64,000 nt of DNA. Origin: an uncultured delta proteobacterium (GTDB taxonomy: Bacteria; Desulfobacterota; Desulfobacteria; Desulfobacterales; JAHEIW01). The position numbers and the translations under genes are program-made. Under the pieces are notes generated by a model. The model ran no database searches. It saw nothing but the letters and a program-made list of their open reading frames with translations, and was not told the DNA's origin. Below, piece after piece: positions 1 through 8,528 of this stretch (positions are counted from its first letter, which is position 1; every line of letters starts with the position of its first letter). The stretch lies in contig CAVPNL010000008.1 in NCBI GenBank assembly GCA_963706575.1, forward strand, positions 160,001-224,000, given 5' to 3'.

Positions 1-251
1 AAATATTCATGCACAATTCGATTACGCAAACCGATAATTTTTATCCATTCGATCTCTGAATGGCGATCGGTGAAATCCTTTGGCAAACGACTAGCAGCTT
101 CACCAATTATCTCAAGATTCCGAACTACCGCATCGATTGTTTTTTCATCATTTTGAAAACGATTCTGGGTCATGCCTTCAGTATAACGTTCAATTTTTTC
201 GATTGATTCCCAAATATCTTCAACCAAAAGTTCCAGAGATCTTTTAGACAT
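1..251 (-). CDS. HEPN/HepT-like RNase toxin (DUF86 family), 3' end runs off the window
   Basis: Manual translation from ATG at 251: MSKRSLELLVEDIWESIEKIERYTEG...DAVVRNLEIIGEAASRLP...IIGLRNRIVHEYF, which has the R-X4-H(XY) HEPN motif. It overlaps the stop of the upstream MNT gene and is absent from the ORF track. Confidence 0.9.
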   Translation of the reverse strand, partial: MSKRSLELLVEDIWESIEKIERYTEGMTQNRFQNDEKTIDAVVRNLEIIGEAASRLPKDFTDRHSEIEWIKIIGLRNRIVHEY

Positions 252-549
252 AGATTAGATCCTGCTCAATGTATTTCAATTTGTTCGGTTTTATTGCGCG
301 CCGGGAAACCAATTCAACTGGGAGTCCCAACAATTGCTCAATTTGTTCGGCGAGGGTCACAAAATCAAGACCCACTGATGGATCAATATCCACTAAAATG
401 TCCACATCACTATCAAATCGCTGATCACCACGTGCATATGACCCAAAAAGGGCCATTCTGCGTACTTTGAATCTGTTTTCCAGATTAGATTTATTCTGAG
501 ACAAGAGACTTAGGATTTCCTCTCGGGTTTTTTCGGGCATTTTTTTCAC
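244..549 (-). CDS. Minimal nucleotidyltransferase (MNT/MntA-like antitoxin)
   Basis: GSYARGD...SDVDILVD pol-beta NTase motif, ~100 aa, directly upstream of the HEPN gene. Confidence 0.9.
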   Translation of the reverse strand: MKKMPEKTREEILSLLSQNKSNLENRFKVRRMALFGSYARGDQRFDSDVDILVDIDPSVGLDFVTLAEQIEQLLGLPVELVSRRAIKPNKLKYIEQDLIYV

Positions 550-784
550 AGTTTGTTCGGAATTGTAATGTATATCAAAAATTTAAACTCATTGTCTTGA
601 TAATATGCATAATACTGTTTATCGCAGTTTTGGTCAAATGTTAATAGGATCAAGTGTGTCCAAATTGTGCCCGTCAAGGTCAAAGTTTTCCAAATAGTTC
701 CAAACGACGCCAAAAATAGCTAAAAAATGGGAATAGAAACAACTGCTTGTAATTAAAGCATTTCCAAATTTTTAAAAATTTCGG

Positions 785-829
785 CTGAAAATCCCCGTGT
801 CGGCAGTTCGATTCTGTCCCTCGGCACCA
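785..829 (+). mobile_element. 3' half of tRNA-Phe(GAA), a probable att site of a tRNA-targeting island
   Basis: CTGAAAATCCCCGTGTCGGCAGTTCGATTCTGTCCCTCGGCACCA gives anticodon loop, T-arm, acceptor 3' strand and CCA. No 5' acceptor strand or D-arm lies upstream. Confidence 0.8.
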
Positions 830-835
830 TAATGC

Positions 836-872
836 AAAGCTCCAGAGACATTTCTCCGGAGCTTTTTCTTTT
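836..872 (+). terminator. Intrinsic terminator after the tRNA-Phe fragment
   Basis: AAAGCTCC-AGAGA-catt-TCTCC-GGAGCTTTTTCTTTT hairpin with U-tract. Confidence 0.7.
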
Positions 873-964
873 TGGTATGCACATTTTAGATGGTGGGTCT
901 TGAACCGTTCATTTTAGCCCCCAAAAGGGCCGTTTAAGGCTAAAACTAAAGCAAGAAAAGAAAT

Positions 965-1984
965 TTGCCGATGAATTATATTATGTCGGAAAAATTAGGG
1001 CAGCAAAAAATAAAAGCATTTGGAATCGTCTCAGGCCTGGGCGTCATTCTCTATTTGCTGCGCAAAGCAATTCCAATTCTGCAGAATGTACATCCTGCCG
1101 TATTTGGATTTATCTTCGTTGTTGGTGCGTGTATATTATTTAATTTTCTGGGGCAAAAGCAATTTGGACCGACGAAAAAGAAGAAATTCAATCTCTCCGA
1201 ACAGATACCGGGTCTCTTAATTTTTTCGGTCGTATTGTTAATTGTAATCGGCGTTGCGACCAAAAGCAAAGTGGTTTTAATTATCGCTTTTGGATCTTTC
1301 CTGCCCGTGTGGTTTTATCTTGCCATCACCACTTATTTCAAACCCCTGGCAAGAACAAAAAAAGCCATCAAAGAATTCAGCGCAAAAATGGGCATACAAA
1401 TGATCAAAAAGCCCACAGCGACCACACGGTTTTCGGAAATATTCTACACCGATCTGGGGAAGATACCCTTTGATAATGTAACGAATATTATTGATATCAA
1501 CCCTAATCTTACGATTTTCTGTAACGCCTATAGTCTCCCGAATCCTAACATAAAAGGTAAGTACCTTCCTCTGGAAAACCAATTGTGCTTTAGGTTTACG
1601 ATTCCTCCGTGTTCAGGTTATCATAGAATTCTTCTGCGAAATGATATGACCACTACTGCTGGAGGCTTTTCTATCGCTACGTCTGGTGGATCAGCCTCAA
1701 TCGTGCAAATAAACATTCCGGATTTTGCTGAAAATTATATTGTTTTGTCAAAATCTGAATCTGAAATTAAGGAAATCATATCCAGGATTCATTATGTATT
1801 GAGGAAATTAGTCGATATATTTCCAAACAAAGGCCAGATTTTTCTTCTCGATAATATCCCCGCCAATCTTGATATTCATATTACCCGTAACGAGATTCTA
1901 GCTCGGATTCCCTATCAGCAAGGATGGCTTATAAATCGTCTACATCTTTCATTCAAAGAAATCCAATCTATCTTATCTAGCTAA
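965..1984 (+). CDS. Hypothetical membrane protein (about 4 N-terminal TM segments plus a soluble C-terminal domain)
   Basis: 339-aa AT-rich ORF with hydrophobic N-terminal third; no recognisable motif. Confidence 0.6.
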   Translation: MPMNYIMSEKLGQQKIKAFGIVSGLGVILYLLRKAIPILQNVHPAVFGFIFVVGACILFNFLGQKQFGPTKKKKFNLSEQIPGLLIFSVVLLIVIGVATKSKVVLIIAFGSFLPVWFYLAITTYFKPLARTKKAIKEFSAKMGIQMIKKPTATTRFSEIFYTDLGKIPFDNVTNIIDINPNLTIFCNAYSLPNPNIKGKYLPLENQLCFRFTIPPCSGYHRILLRNDMTTTAGGFSIATSGGSASIVQINIPDFAENYIVLSKSESEIKEIISRIHYVLRKLVDIFPNKGQIFLLDNIPANLDIHITRNEILARIPYQQGWLINRLHLSFKEIQSILSS

Positions 1985-2015
1985 GACTATATCGTGTCAA
2001 ATTCCAAACTTTTCT

Positions 2016-3935
2016 TCACTTATAGTATCCACGCTGTTCAAGGTCTTGCCTGACATCATGGAGATCCAGCCTTTCCAATTCTTTCTTCCCCGGGATTCCC
2101 TTATAGTTCCAGCCCCTTAATTTATAGTAGCTTGAAATCATTTTATTAAACTTTTTGCGGTCAAGCTTGACGTCCGGCGGCGCCGGTGTTTCATGAAAGA
2201 ATTTCTGCGGGATCTTGATGTCAGCTCTCCGGCTAATGCCTCTTCTTACATTGTAGGCCCGGGTAAGCGCATTTATTCTTTTGGCAATCGTTATGGCGCC
2301 GGCTTCATCGAGGTCCATGCCGGTGGCATAAGACATAAGATTGATCTGATCATCCACGCTGATGGGAGGGTAAAGCCAGAACCCCGTCCAAAAGATGCAA
2401 ACGCCGGACGAATCCGCGATCGCGTTGGTGTCCACGTCGCGGGACGTGAACGGGACCATCTTTTCATAGTCAAGGCCCAGGCCCACATATGCTTCGACAA
2501 ACGGTTTTTCAAACTCTTTCGGATAGTGGAAGTAACCTGCCTTTACATAATCTTGTTTCCATTTCGGCGTATTCTCCATTGCCCATAACACGGCACTGCT
2601 TTCGGCTCTGGTCATATCCAGCCTGTCGGTAACGGCCGTCCGAAGGGCACGATAAGGATTGGAAGGCTGAAACGCGATCATTTCCAGTTTCTTAATGTGA
2701 TAGGCGTGTTTTCTCGCGCCTCTCCCGATCTGTCTGGCAGCTTCATAGACCCCATCGGCTAGGATATCTCCGATTCCTTCTCTCCCGGCGATCTTGCCGA
2801 TAAGCGAAAGCGCCAGATCCTGATTTTCCCATTCCAGATCTTCCCCACCGGTATCCGCTTTGGTCAAAATGCCTCTTTCAAAAAGGTCTATTGCAAAAGC
2901 AATGTTGCATGCGGTTGAAATCGTGTCCAATCCGTATTTTTCACACAGGTTGGTACATCTGGCATTGAAAAGAAGATCACGTGTCTTCACGGCAAACATG
3001 AACGAAAACCATGACTGACATTTCACGGAACAATATTCGCCTTCAGGGAGTGATATGTTCACCTTGCATGCGAGGGCACAATTGTAACAGCTATCTGTTC
3101 GCGCACCGAATTCCTCTACGAAATCCTCATGATGCTCTCCCGCATTGTCGAACGGGCGTCTCTGACCCAAATTGCCCCAGGCCCAGTTGTTCATGAACCA
3201 TTCATGGGTTTCAAAAGCGATTCTGTCAAAATACGCTCTTATCCCGTCCGTCTTTTTGAGGATATGTTCACACAGGTCATGAAACTCAGCTGGCCGGGCA
3301 ATATGGATATCTTTTGTCCCGTGGACGGCAATGGCTTTTAATTTCTTGTCTCCCATAACGGCGCCCACACCGGCTCGACTCGCACCGGTGCCGGAGCCAT
3401 GTTCGATTGTTGCCGCGAGGACCCGGTTCTCCCCAGCCTGGCCGATACTCAGAACTTGAGCTCCGTTCTGCTTCAGCTCGTCCCGGATGATTTTCGTGGT
3501 TTCCCTGATATCTTTGCCCCAGAGATGGGCGGCGTCACGGATCTCTGCTCTGTCATCGTTAATCCAGAGGTATACCGGTTTTGAAGACTTCCCCGAGATG
3601 ATAAGGTTATCGTACCCGGCCTGTTTTAGCTGCGCTCCCCAGAAGCCGCCCAGACTGGAATAGGTTTGAAGATTCGTCTGGGGCGAAAGGGTGGTGAGTA
3701 TCGTTCGATTCGCGCCCGGGGCGGGGGTGCCGCTAAGGACGCCGACACCGAATATCATGAGATTGTCGGGAGAATACGGATCTGTCTCCGGCGGGACCCG
3801 ATCCCAGAATAATTTGGTATTGGTTCCCCGCCCGCCGAGATACATTTCCCTGGCAGTCGTATCTACCGCTGTCTTGGAACTTATCCCTGTGGACAGGTCG
3901 ATTTCCAGATTTGTGCCTACCCAGCCGTAATCCAC
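2016..3935 (-). CDS. aor: Aldehyde:ferredoxin oxidoreductase family (W/Mo-pterin) protein
   Basis: YLGGRG, GGFWGAQLKQAGYD, GAVMGDKKLKAI, CYNCALAC, YGLDTIS, DSSGVCIF and YYKLRGW motifs; GTG start with upstream AAGGA. Confidence 0.88.
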   Translation of the reverse strand: MDYGWVGTNLEIDLSTGISSKTAVDTTAREMYLGGRGTNTKLFWDRVPPETDPYSPDNLMIFGVGVLSGTPAPGANRTILTTLSPQTNLQTYSSLGGFWGAQLKQAGYDNLIISGKSSKPVYLWINDDRAEIRDAAHLWGKDIRETTKIIRDELKQNGAQVLSIGQAGENRVLAATIEHGSGTGASRAGVGAVMGDKKLKAIAVHGTKDIHIARPAEFHDLCEHILKKTDGIRAYFDRIAFETHEWFMNNWAWGNLGQRRPFDNAGEHHEDFVEEFGARTDSCYNCALACKVNISLPEGEYCSVKCQSWFSFMFAVKTRDLLFNARCTNLCEKYGLDTISTACNIAFAIDLFERGILTKADTGGEDLEWENQDLALSLIGKIAGREGIGDILADGVYEAARQIGRGARKHAYHIKKLEMIAFQPSNPYRALRTAVTDRLDMTRAESSAVLWAMENTPKWKQDYVKAGYFHYPKEFEKPFVEAYVGLGLDYEKMVPFTSRDVDTNAIADSSGVCIFWTGFWLYPPISVDDQINLMSYATGMDLDEAGAITIAKRINALTRAYNVRRGISRRADIKIPQKFFHETPAPPDVKLDRKKFNKMISSYYKLRGWNYKGIPGKKELERLDLHDVRQDLEQRGYYK

Positions 3936-4243
3936 TTTCCTTTACTCCCATTCCTTTGTTCTTGTCCGCTCATTTACACCGTCGCCCCGATGTGCCACGG
4001 AACAAACTCATTTTCAAAAGCAATCTTAAATGATTGGGGCCTGCCGGTACACTCGACAATAGCATCGGCCAAATTCAACCAGTCGTCTAAATCCAGTCCG
4101 TGTTCGATGCATTACCAGTTTAAATCTCAGAAATCGATCGGTCAAGGCGCATAACAAAGCGATCGTGATTCTTTGATCCTTATTTATGGTTGACCGAAAT
4201 TTTTAATTTTTCTTCAGAGGAAAGAAGAAACTTTCGGAAATAC

Positions 4244-4272
4244 TTGACTGTTTTTTTTGCGTCGCGTATTAT
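4244..4272 (+). promoter_or_regulatory. Sigma70-type promoter for ihfB
   Basis: TTGACT-17 bp-TATTAT. Confidence 0.6.
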
Positions 4273-4337
4273 TAACAATATCAAGGTGATGTCAGCGAGG
4301 CAAATCACAGTTCGAAAATCTTTATATCCGGGGAGAC

Positions 4338-4616
4338 ATGATGAATAAACTGGAACTTATTGACATGTTAAAAAATGAATGCCGACTCTCAAAGAAGGAA
4401 GCTGCAGCGGTTGTTGATCTATTTTTCGACAGAATGTCTGAAGCGCTTGCAAAGGGTGAGCGGGTTGAAATTCGCGGATTATGCTCTTTCTATGTTAAAG
4501 AATACCGATCCTACCAGGGCAGAAACCCCAAAACCGGCGAAAGCGTCCGGGTAGCGCCTAAAAAGCTGCCCTTTTTCAAAAGTGGTAAGGAATTAAAAGA
4601 ACGGGTAGATTATTGA
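4338..4616 (+). CDS. ihfB: Integration host factor beta subunit (HU/IHF family)
   Basis: MNKLELI...ERVEIRGLCSF...GRNPKTGESV...PFFKSGKELKERVD. Confidence 0.9.
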   Translation: MMNKLELIDMLKNECRLSKKEAAAVVDLFFDRMSEALAKGERVEIRGLCSFYVKEYRSYQGRNPKTGESVRVAPKKLPFFKSGKELKERVDY

Positions 4617-4643
4617 CCGGTTGATCTTAAGACGCTTGCGGGT

Positions 4644-5063
4644 TTGTTTTTAATAATGATGCCTTCACAGGATACAATTATTCGCAATAAACTCTTTTCT
4701 CTTAAAAAATCCAAATTCAGGTCAAAATTCAAGCTAAGTCACAAAGAACTCGATTACACTTCCGCCAAAGGGCTCGAGACCATCAAAGCCCATGCATTTG
4801 ATTTTGTAAATTCCAGAGTTGCTCCTGATTTCCCCAAAAATGACGGCAAACAAACACCCATGAGAGGGCATCCGGTCTTTAGCGCCCAGCACGCTACGGC
4901 GACTTGCTGCCGGGGATGCATTCAAAAGTGGCATGGAATTGAAAAGGGCAGGGCGCTGAATGCGGCTGAAATAGATTATGTTGTAGCCTTGATTATGGGA
5001 TGGATTGAGCGGCAGATGAGTGCTAAAAGAGTCAAATCGCATAAAATCGCGCAGGATGGATAA
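4644..5063 (+). CDS. DUF4186 family protein
   Basis: SKFRSKFKL...[34 protein letters not shown] signature; the true start may be a few codons downstream. Confidence 0.8.
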   Translation: MFLIMMPSQDTIIRNKLFSLKKSKFRSKFKLSHKELDYTSAKGLETIKAHAFDFVNSRVAPDFPKNDGKQTPMRGHPVFSAQHATATCCRGCIQKWHGIEKGRALNAAEIDYVVALIMGWIERQMSAKRVKSHKIAQDG

Positions 5064-5079
5064 GATGCAAGGAGGATTT

Positions 5080-5646
5080 ATGAAACATACGTTGTTGTCT
5101 ATTATAATTGCTTTGGCAGTTACTTCTGCAGCAATCGCAGGCGATAATCCTATAGTAGAGATGGATACGACCAAGGGGAAAATCTTACTGGAGTTGAATG
5201 CAGGCAAGGCGCCCAAAACCGTTAAGAATTTTTTGGCATACGTGGACGCCGGGTTTTATGACGGCACCATTTTCCACCGTGTTATCCCTAACTTCATGAT
5301 CCAGGGCGGGGGATTTTCCGCTGATATGAAGCGCAAGGACGCCCGAGCACCAATTGACAATGAAGCCGATAACGGTTTGCTGAATGAACGCGGCACCATC
5401 GCCATGGCGCGCACCTCAAACCCGCACAGCGCCACGGCCCAGTTTTTCATCAACACCAAAAACAATGATTTTTTGAATCACAAGGGCAAATCCCCCCAGG
5501 GCTGGGGCTATGCGGTATTTGGGCGTGTGGCTGAGGGCATGGACGTGGTGGCGGCCATCTCCGGGGTAAAAACCGGTACCCGCGGCCCGTTCCGTGATGT
5601 GCCCACCGATCCTGTCGTGATCCGCAAAGTCGTTCGATTGCAGTAA
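5080..5646 (+). CDS. ppiA: Periplasmic cyclophilin-type peptidyl-prolyl isomerase
   Basis: [39 protein letters not shown]; signal peptide after the ATG at 5080, which follows GGAGG. Confidence 0.9.
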   Translation: MKHTLLSIIIALAVTSAAIAGDNPIVEMDTTKGKILLELNAGKAPKTVKNFLAYVDAGFYDGTIFHRVIPNFMIQGGGFSADMKRKDARAPIDNEADNGLLNERGTIAMARTSNPHSATAQFFINTKNNDFLNHKGKSPQGWGYAVFGRVAEGMDVVAAISGVKTGTRGPFRDVPTDPVVIRKVVRLQ

Positions 5647-5650
5647 AGGT

Positions 5651-6880
5651 TCAAGGCGCGGCTGTTTCCGACGCTGTTTCCGATCCTTCCAGAATTTCTA
5701 GCGCTTTTTTAAGCACCTGCTCAGGCGGGATTTGTTTTAAACACAGATTATCCCCGTCGCAGGGTGAATTGCGATGATTGTAAGCGGTCAGGCAGGGCGA
5801 ACAGGGCAGGGGGTTATAGAATATCGTGGCTTTCGCATCAACCGGGCTATACAGGTCGGGCGTTTGCGGGCCGTAAAATATGATGGTCGGTATGGGCGTC
5901 ATGGCGGCGAACTGCCCCGGACCGCCTTCATTGGTGATCAACAGTTCGGCAAATTGAAAGATCAGCATGAGCTCGCCGACCGTACGGGTATATCCGGTCA
6001 GGTCGATGCAGGCCGGATTATTGCATTTCGACAGAATGGCGCTGGCCAGTTCCCGGTCTTCTTTCAACCCGACAATGCCCACCGCATATCCTTTTTTAAT
6101 CAGCTCACCGGCAACCTGGCTGTAGTAATTGCGGGGCCAGGCTCTAATCGGCAGGATGCCTGCGCCGGGGCAAATCAGCACCAGGCGCTTTTGGGCAACG
6201 GCGCTGAAATCGGCCCGCAATCTGGCCTGCGTAGCATCAATTTCATACTGGCTAAAATCAATAAACGGCACTCTCAAATTCGTGCGTCCCAGCGGTTGTT
6301 TGGCCTTGGGCACGCCGACGGAATCGACGGCTGCTGCCAGGGTCAGAAACTGCCTGGACATATGGTGATAGGGGTTGAACAAAACAGGGCGATTAATAAA
6401 ATTGCCGCGATACAGGCCTTCCTGGGTGTGGGGATGAAAGCCGACGCGAATCCTGGCACCGCTGAGAAATGAAAATATACTGCTGATTCTGGCAAACAGC
6501 TCACAGTCGATCACCACATCAATTTTGAGTTTGCGGATTCGATTCAACACCCGCAGGCAGTCTATGGTAAATACGCCGAAAGAGGTGTCGCGGATGGTCA
6601 GAATATTTTCTGGCGCGGTAACATCAAGCAGGGTTAAGATTTCTTTATTTTTTTCGAATAAAAGCCCGTACAGCTCGGCTCCTGGATAGCGCTTTTTAAT
6701 CTGCCGAAACATGGGGTAGGCCAGAACAAGACTCTCCGTCTGGGAGAGCAGAATTACCAGAAACTTCTTGGCCTGAAACCCGTCATCCTCATCTTTGCTT
6801 TTGCGATAAAAAAGCGAAAAAACCCGGCAGATAAATGTACCGATATACCGATCCACTTTGCGCTGAAAATTGATATTCAT
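5651..6880 (-). CDS. Glycosyltransferase family 9 (heptosyltransferase-like)
   Basis: RAWP, IDLTG, LLITNEGGPGQFA, TIIFYGP and CSPC...C...C motifs. Start placed at MNINFQ (6880) because the ORF-track extension lies in a repeat element. Confidence 0.8.
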   Translation of the reverse strand: MNINFQRKVDRYIGTFICRVFSLFYRKSKDEDDGFQAKKFLVILLSQTESLVLAYPMFRQIKKRYPGAELYGLLFEKNKEILTLLDVTAPENILTIRDTSFGVFTIDCLRVLNRIRKLKIDVVIDCELFARISSIFSFLSGARIRVGFHPHTQEGLYRGNFINRPVLFNPYHHMSRQFLTLAAAVDSVGVPKAKQPLGRTNLRVPFIDFSQYEIDATQARLRADFSAVAQKRLVLICPGAGILPIRAWPRNYYSQVAGELIKKGYAVGIVGLKEDRELASAILSKCNNPACIDLTGYTRTVGELMLIFQFAELLITNEGGPGQFAAMTPIPTIIFYGPQTPDLYSPVDAKATIFYNPLPCSPCLTAYNHRNSPCDGDNLCLKQIPPEQVLKKALEILEGSETASETAAP

Positions 6881-6901
6881 ATGATTGATCACTGTTCTGA
6901 T

Positions 6902-7143
6902 TAGAACCCATCTCAAAAATGTCTTTTGGTCCCATATCTTTGTTGGTGCCTCGCTTTAAATCCTCAACATACAACAGTATGCCTCCGGTTTATGACCCAC
7001 CGACAGTATAAGATCAGATGGGGAATCCAGCAACGCTGGGCGACCCACAAAGAGAATTTAATCAGGCGGGAAGTCCAGCAACGCTGGAAAGCTCGGCCCC
7101 GCCGCGATCTTGAACCAAAATCCTATTTTTGAGATGGGTTCTA
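6902..7143. mobile_element. MITE-like hairpin element (copy A) with a nested insertion
   Basis: Perfect 19-bp terminal inverted repeats TAGAACCCATCTCAAAAAT / ATTTTTGAGATGGGTTCTA; internal CATAC-loop-GTATG hairpin; no coding capacity. Confidence 0.75.
6994..7089. repeat. Two tandem 48-bp units inserted in MITE copy A
   Basis: GACCCAC-N12-ATCAG-N8-TCCAGCAACGCTGG-N2 at 6994 and 7042. Confidence 0.85.
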
Positions 7144-7218
7144 GAATCAAGCTTCTGCTTTTCAAAAAACGTTTAAATTATAGCTTAAAAAACGGGGTAT
7201 TGAAAACACTTAATTTCT

Positions 7219-7503
7219 TCAACCCATATTGGCCGCTGGCGGCATTAACTCCACCAGGGTCGCCCCCCACCCGCCGGCTTCCGGGGGTGCATCTTTGAAG
7301 TTTATGACTGTCGGGTTGTTTTGCAAGATGCGGTGCACCTGTCTTTTTTGGATGCCCTTGCCTTTGCCGTGGATGACCCGCACCGAAAAAATGCCGGCTT
7401 TGATGCATTCATCAAAATAGTTTTCTAGCAGATCCGCAATATCCTTCGGCCGAAAAGTATGCAGATCCAGGACATCTTCGATTGGAATTTGAATCGGTTC
7501 CAT
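7219..7503 (-). CDS. Smr/MutS2-domain protein
   Basis: LDLH...VRVIHGKGKG...AGGWGAT. Confidence 0.88.
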   Translation of the reverse strand: MEPIQIPIEDVLDLHTFRPKDIADLLENYFDECIKAGIFSVRVIHGKGKGIQKRQVHRILQNNPTVINFKDAPPEAGGWGATLVELMPPAANMG

Positions 7504-7643
7504 GCCTTAAATCGCGATGGCTTTCTTTTGGATTTGATCCCTGTTCTTGATCTGTGGTTATATAGTGGTATAAGCTTATAACCTTAATTGATCACAAACA
7601 AGATCAAAAACAGGGCGAAGATTTTACAATAAAGGGAATTTAT

Positions 7644-8295
7644 ATGTCGGGGCCGAGCACTTATGCCGATTGGACCTTCAGCGGGTTGCTGCTATTCGCT
7701 TATCTACTGGGCTCCATCCCCTGTGGCCTGATTTTAAGCCGCATCTTTGCCCGCGAAGATATTCGGCTGAAGGGCAGCGGAAATATCGGGGCGACCAATG
7801 TAACGCGGCAAGCCGGGTTAATCCCGGGTTTGCTGACATTGGCCGGCGATATTTTAAAAGGCGCCATTCCGGTTTATCTGGCACTGGTGGCATTTGGTCC
7901 GGCCGGCGGATCTGCTGATTTTTATCCGGCAGCCGTTGCGCTGGCTGCGTTTTTGGGCCATCTTTTCCCTGCATATCTAAAATTTCGCGACGGCGGCAAA
8001 GGAGTTGCCACCGCCGCTGGATGTTTTGCAGTGGTTTCACCCGGGGCAGTTCTGGCCGCAGGCGTCGTTTTCATTGCCATGCTGTCTATGGCCCGGCGGG
8101 TTTCAGTTGGTTCGCTTTCAGCCGCTGCTGGTCCTGCCGCTTGCGGTATGGATAGCCACGGATTCCGCTATAATGACCGCCACCGCCGGTATTGTTGCTC
8201 TTTTTATTTTTATCCGTCATCGTGATAACTTGAAACGACTTTTGGCCGGAAAAGAACCCGAATTCAGGCTAAAAAAAGAACGTTCCGGGAAATGA
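7644..8295 (+). pseudogene. plsY: Glycerol-3-phosphate acyltransferase PlsY, interrupted by a +1 frameshift near 8127-8130 (possible sequencing error)
   Basis: AYLLGSIP, GSGNIGATNV, FLGHLFP and GGKGVATA are in frame 7644. The C-terminal IFIRHRDNLKRLLAGKEPEF is in frame 8005. Confidence 0.85.
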
Positions 8296-8340
8296 TTTTT
8301 TCACCTGCCAAGCGCTGCAGCAATCGCCATCGCCGGTTTA

Positions 8341-8528
8341 AGTGTTCAGGTGTCAGATGACAGAGGCCAGATGAAAACCGGAAAGTAGGGCAGCCCTCCG
8401 CGGCTGCCTTTTCATGGCTGGCGCTGAGGCCAGCCCTACATTCGCCAAGTCGAGGGCTGACACCTGACACCCGCCTGCGCGGCCGAAGCCGCTTCGGCGC
8501 GGCGAAGGCCCGACACCTGAACCCCCCC
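8341..8528. repeat. Composite palindrome: heptamer-repeat arms, a GTAG-type REP doublet and a GC hairpin
   Basis: TCAGGTG/TCAGATG left arm and CTGACAC/CCGACAC right arm; GTAGGGC...GCCCTAC at 8385-8439; CCGCCTGCGCGGCCGAAGCCGCTTCGGCGCGGCGAAGG at 8471-8508. Confidence 0.7.

Noticed and set aside
785..829. Functional tRNA-Phe gene
   Set aside because: The 5' acceptor strand and D-arm are missing.
880..907. Weak similarity to a MITE end (ACATTTTAGATGGT...TCTTGAACC)
   Set aside because: Short, gapped and in the wrong order relative to intact copies; could be chance.
3950..4130. Possible ferredoxin-subunit remnant upstream of aor
   Set aside because: I found no Cys-rich open frame in this stretch.
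6994..7089. CRISPR array
   Set aside because: Only two units, the variable segments are 8-12 nt, and no cas genes are in the window. Kept only as a nested repeat.
6926..7132. ORFs lying on repeat elements (also 6789-6974, 8264-8541, 26820-27017, 31842-32120)
   Set aside because: They are translations of palindromic non-coding repeats with no recognisable protein motif.
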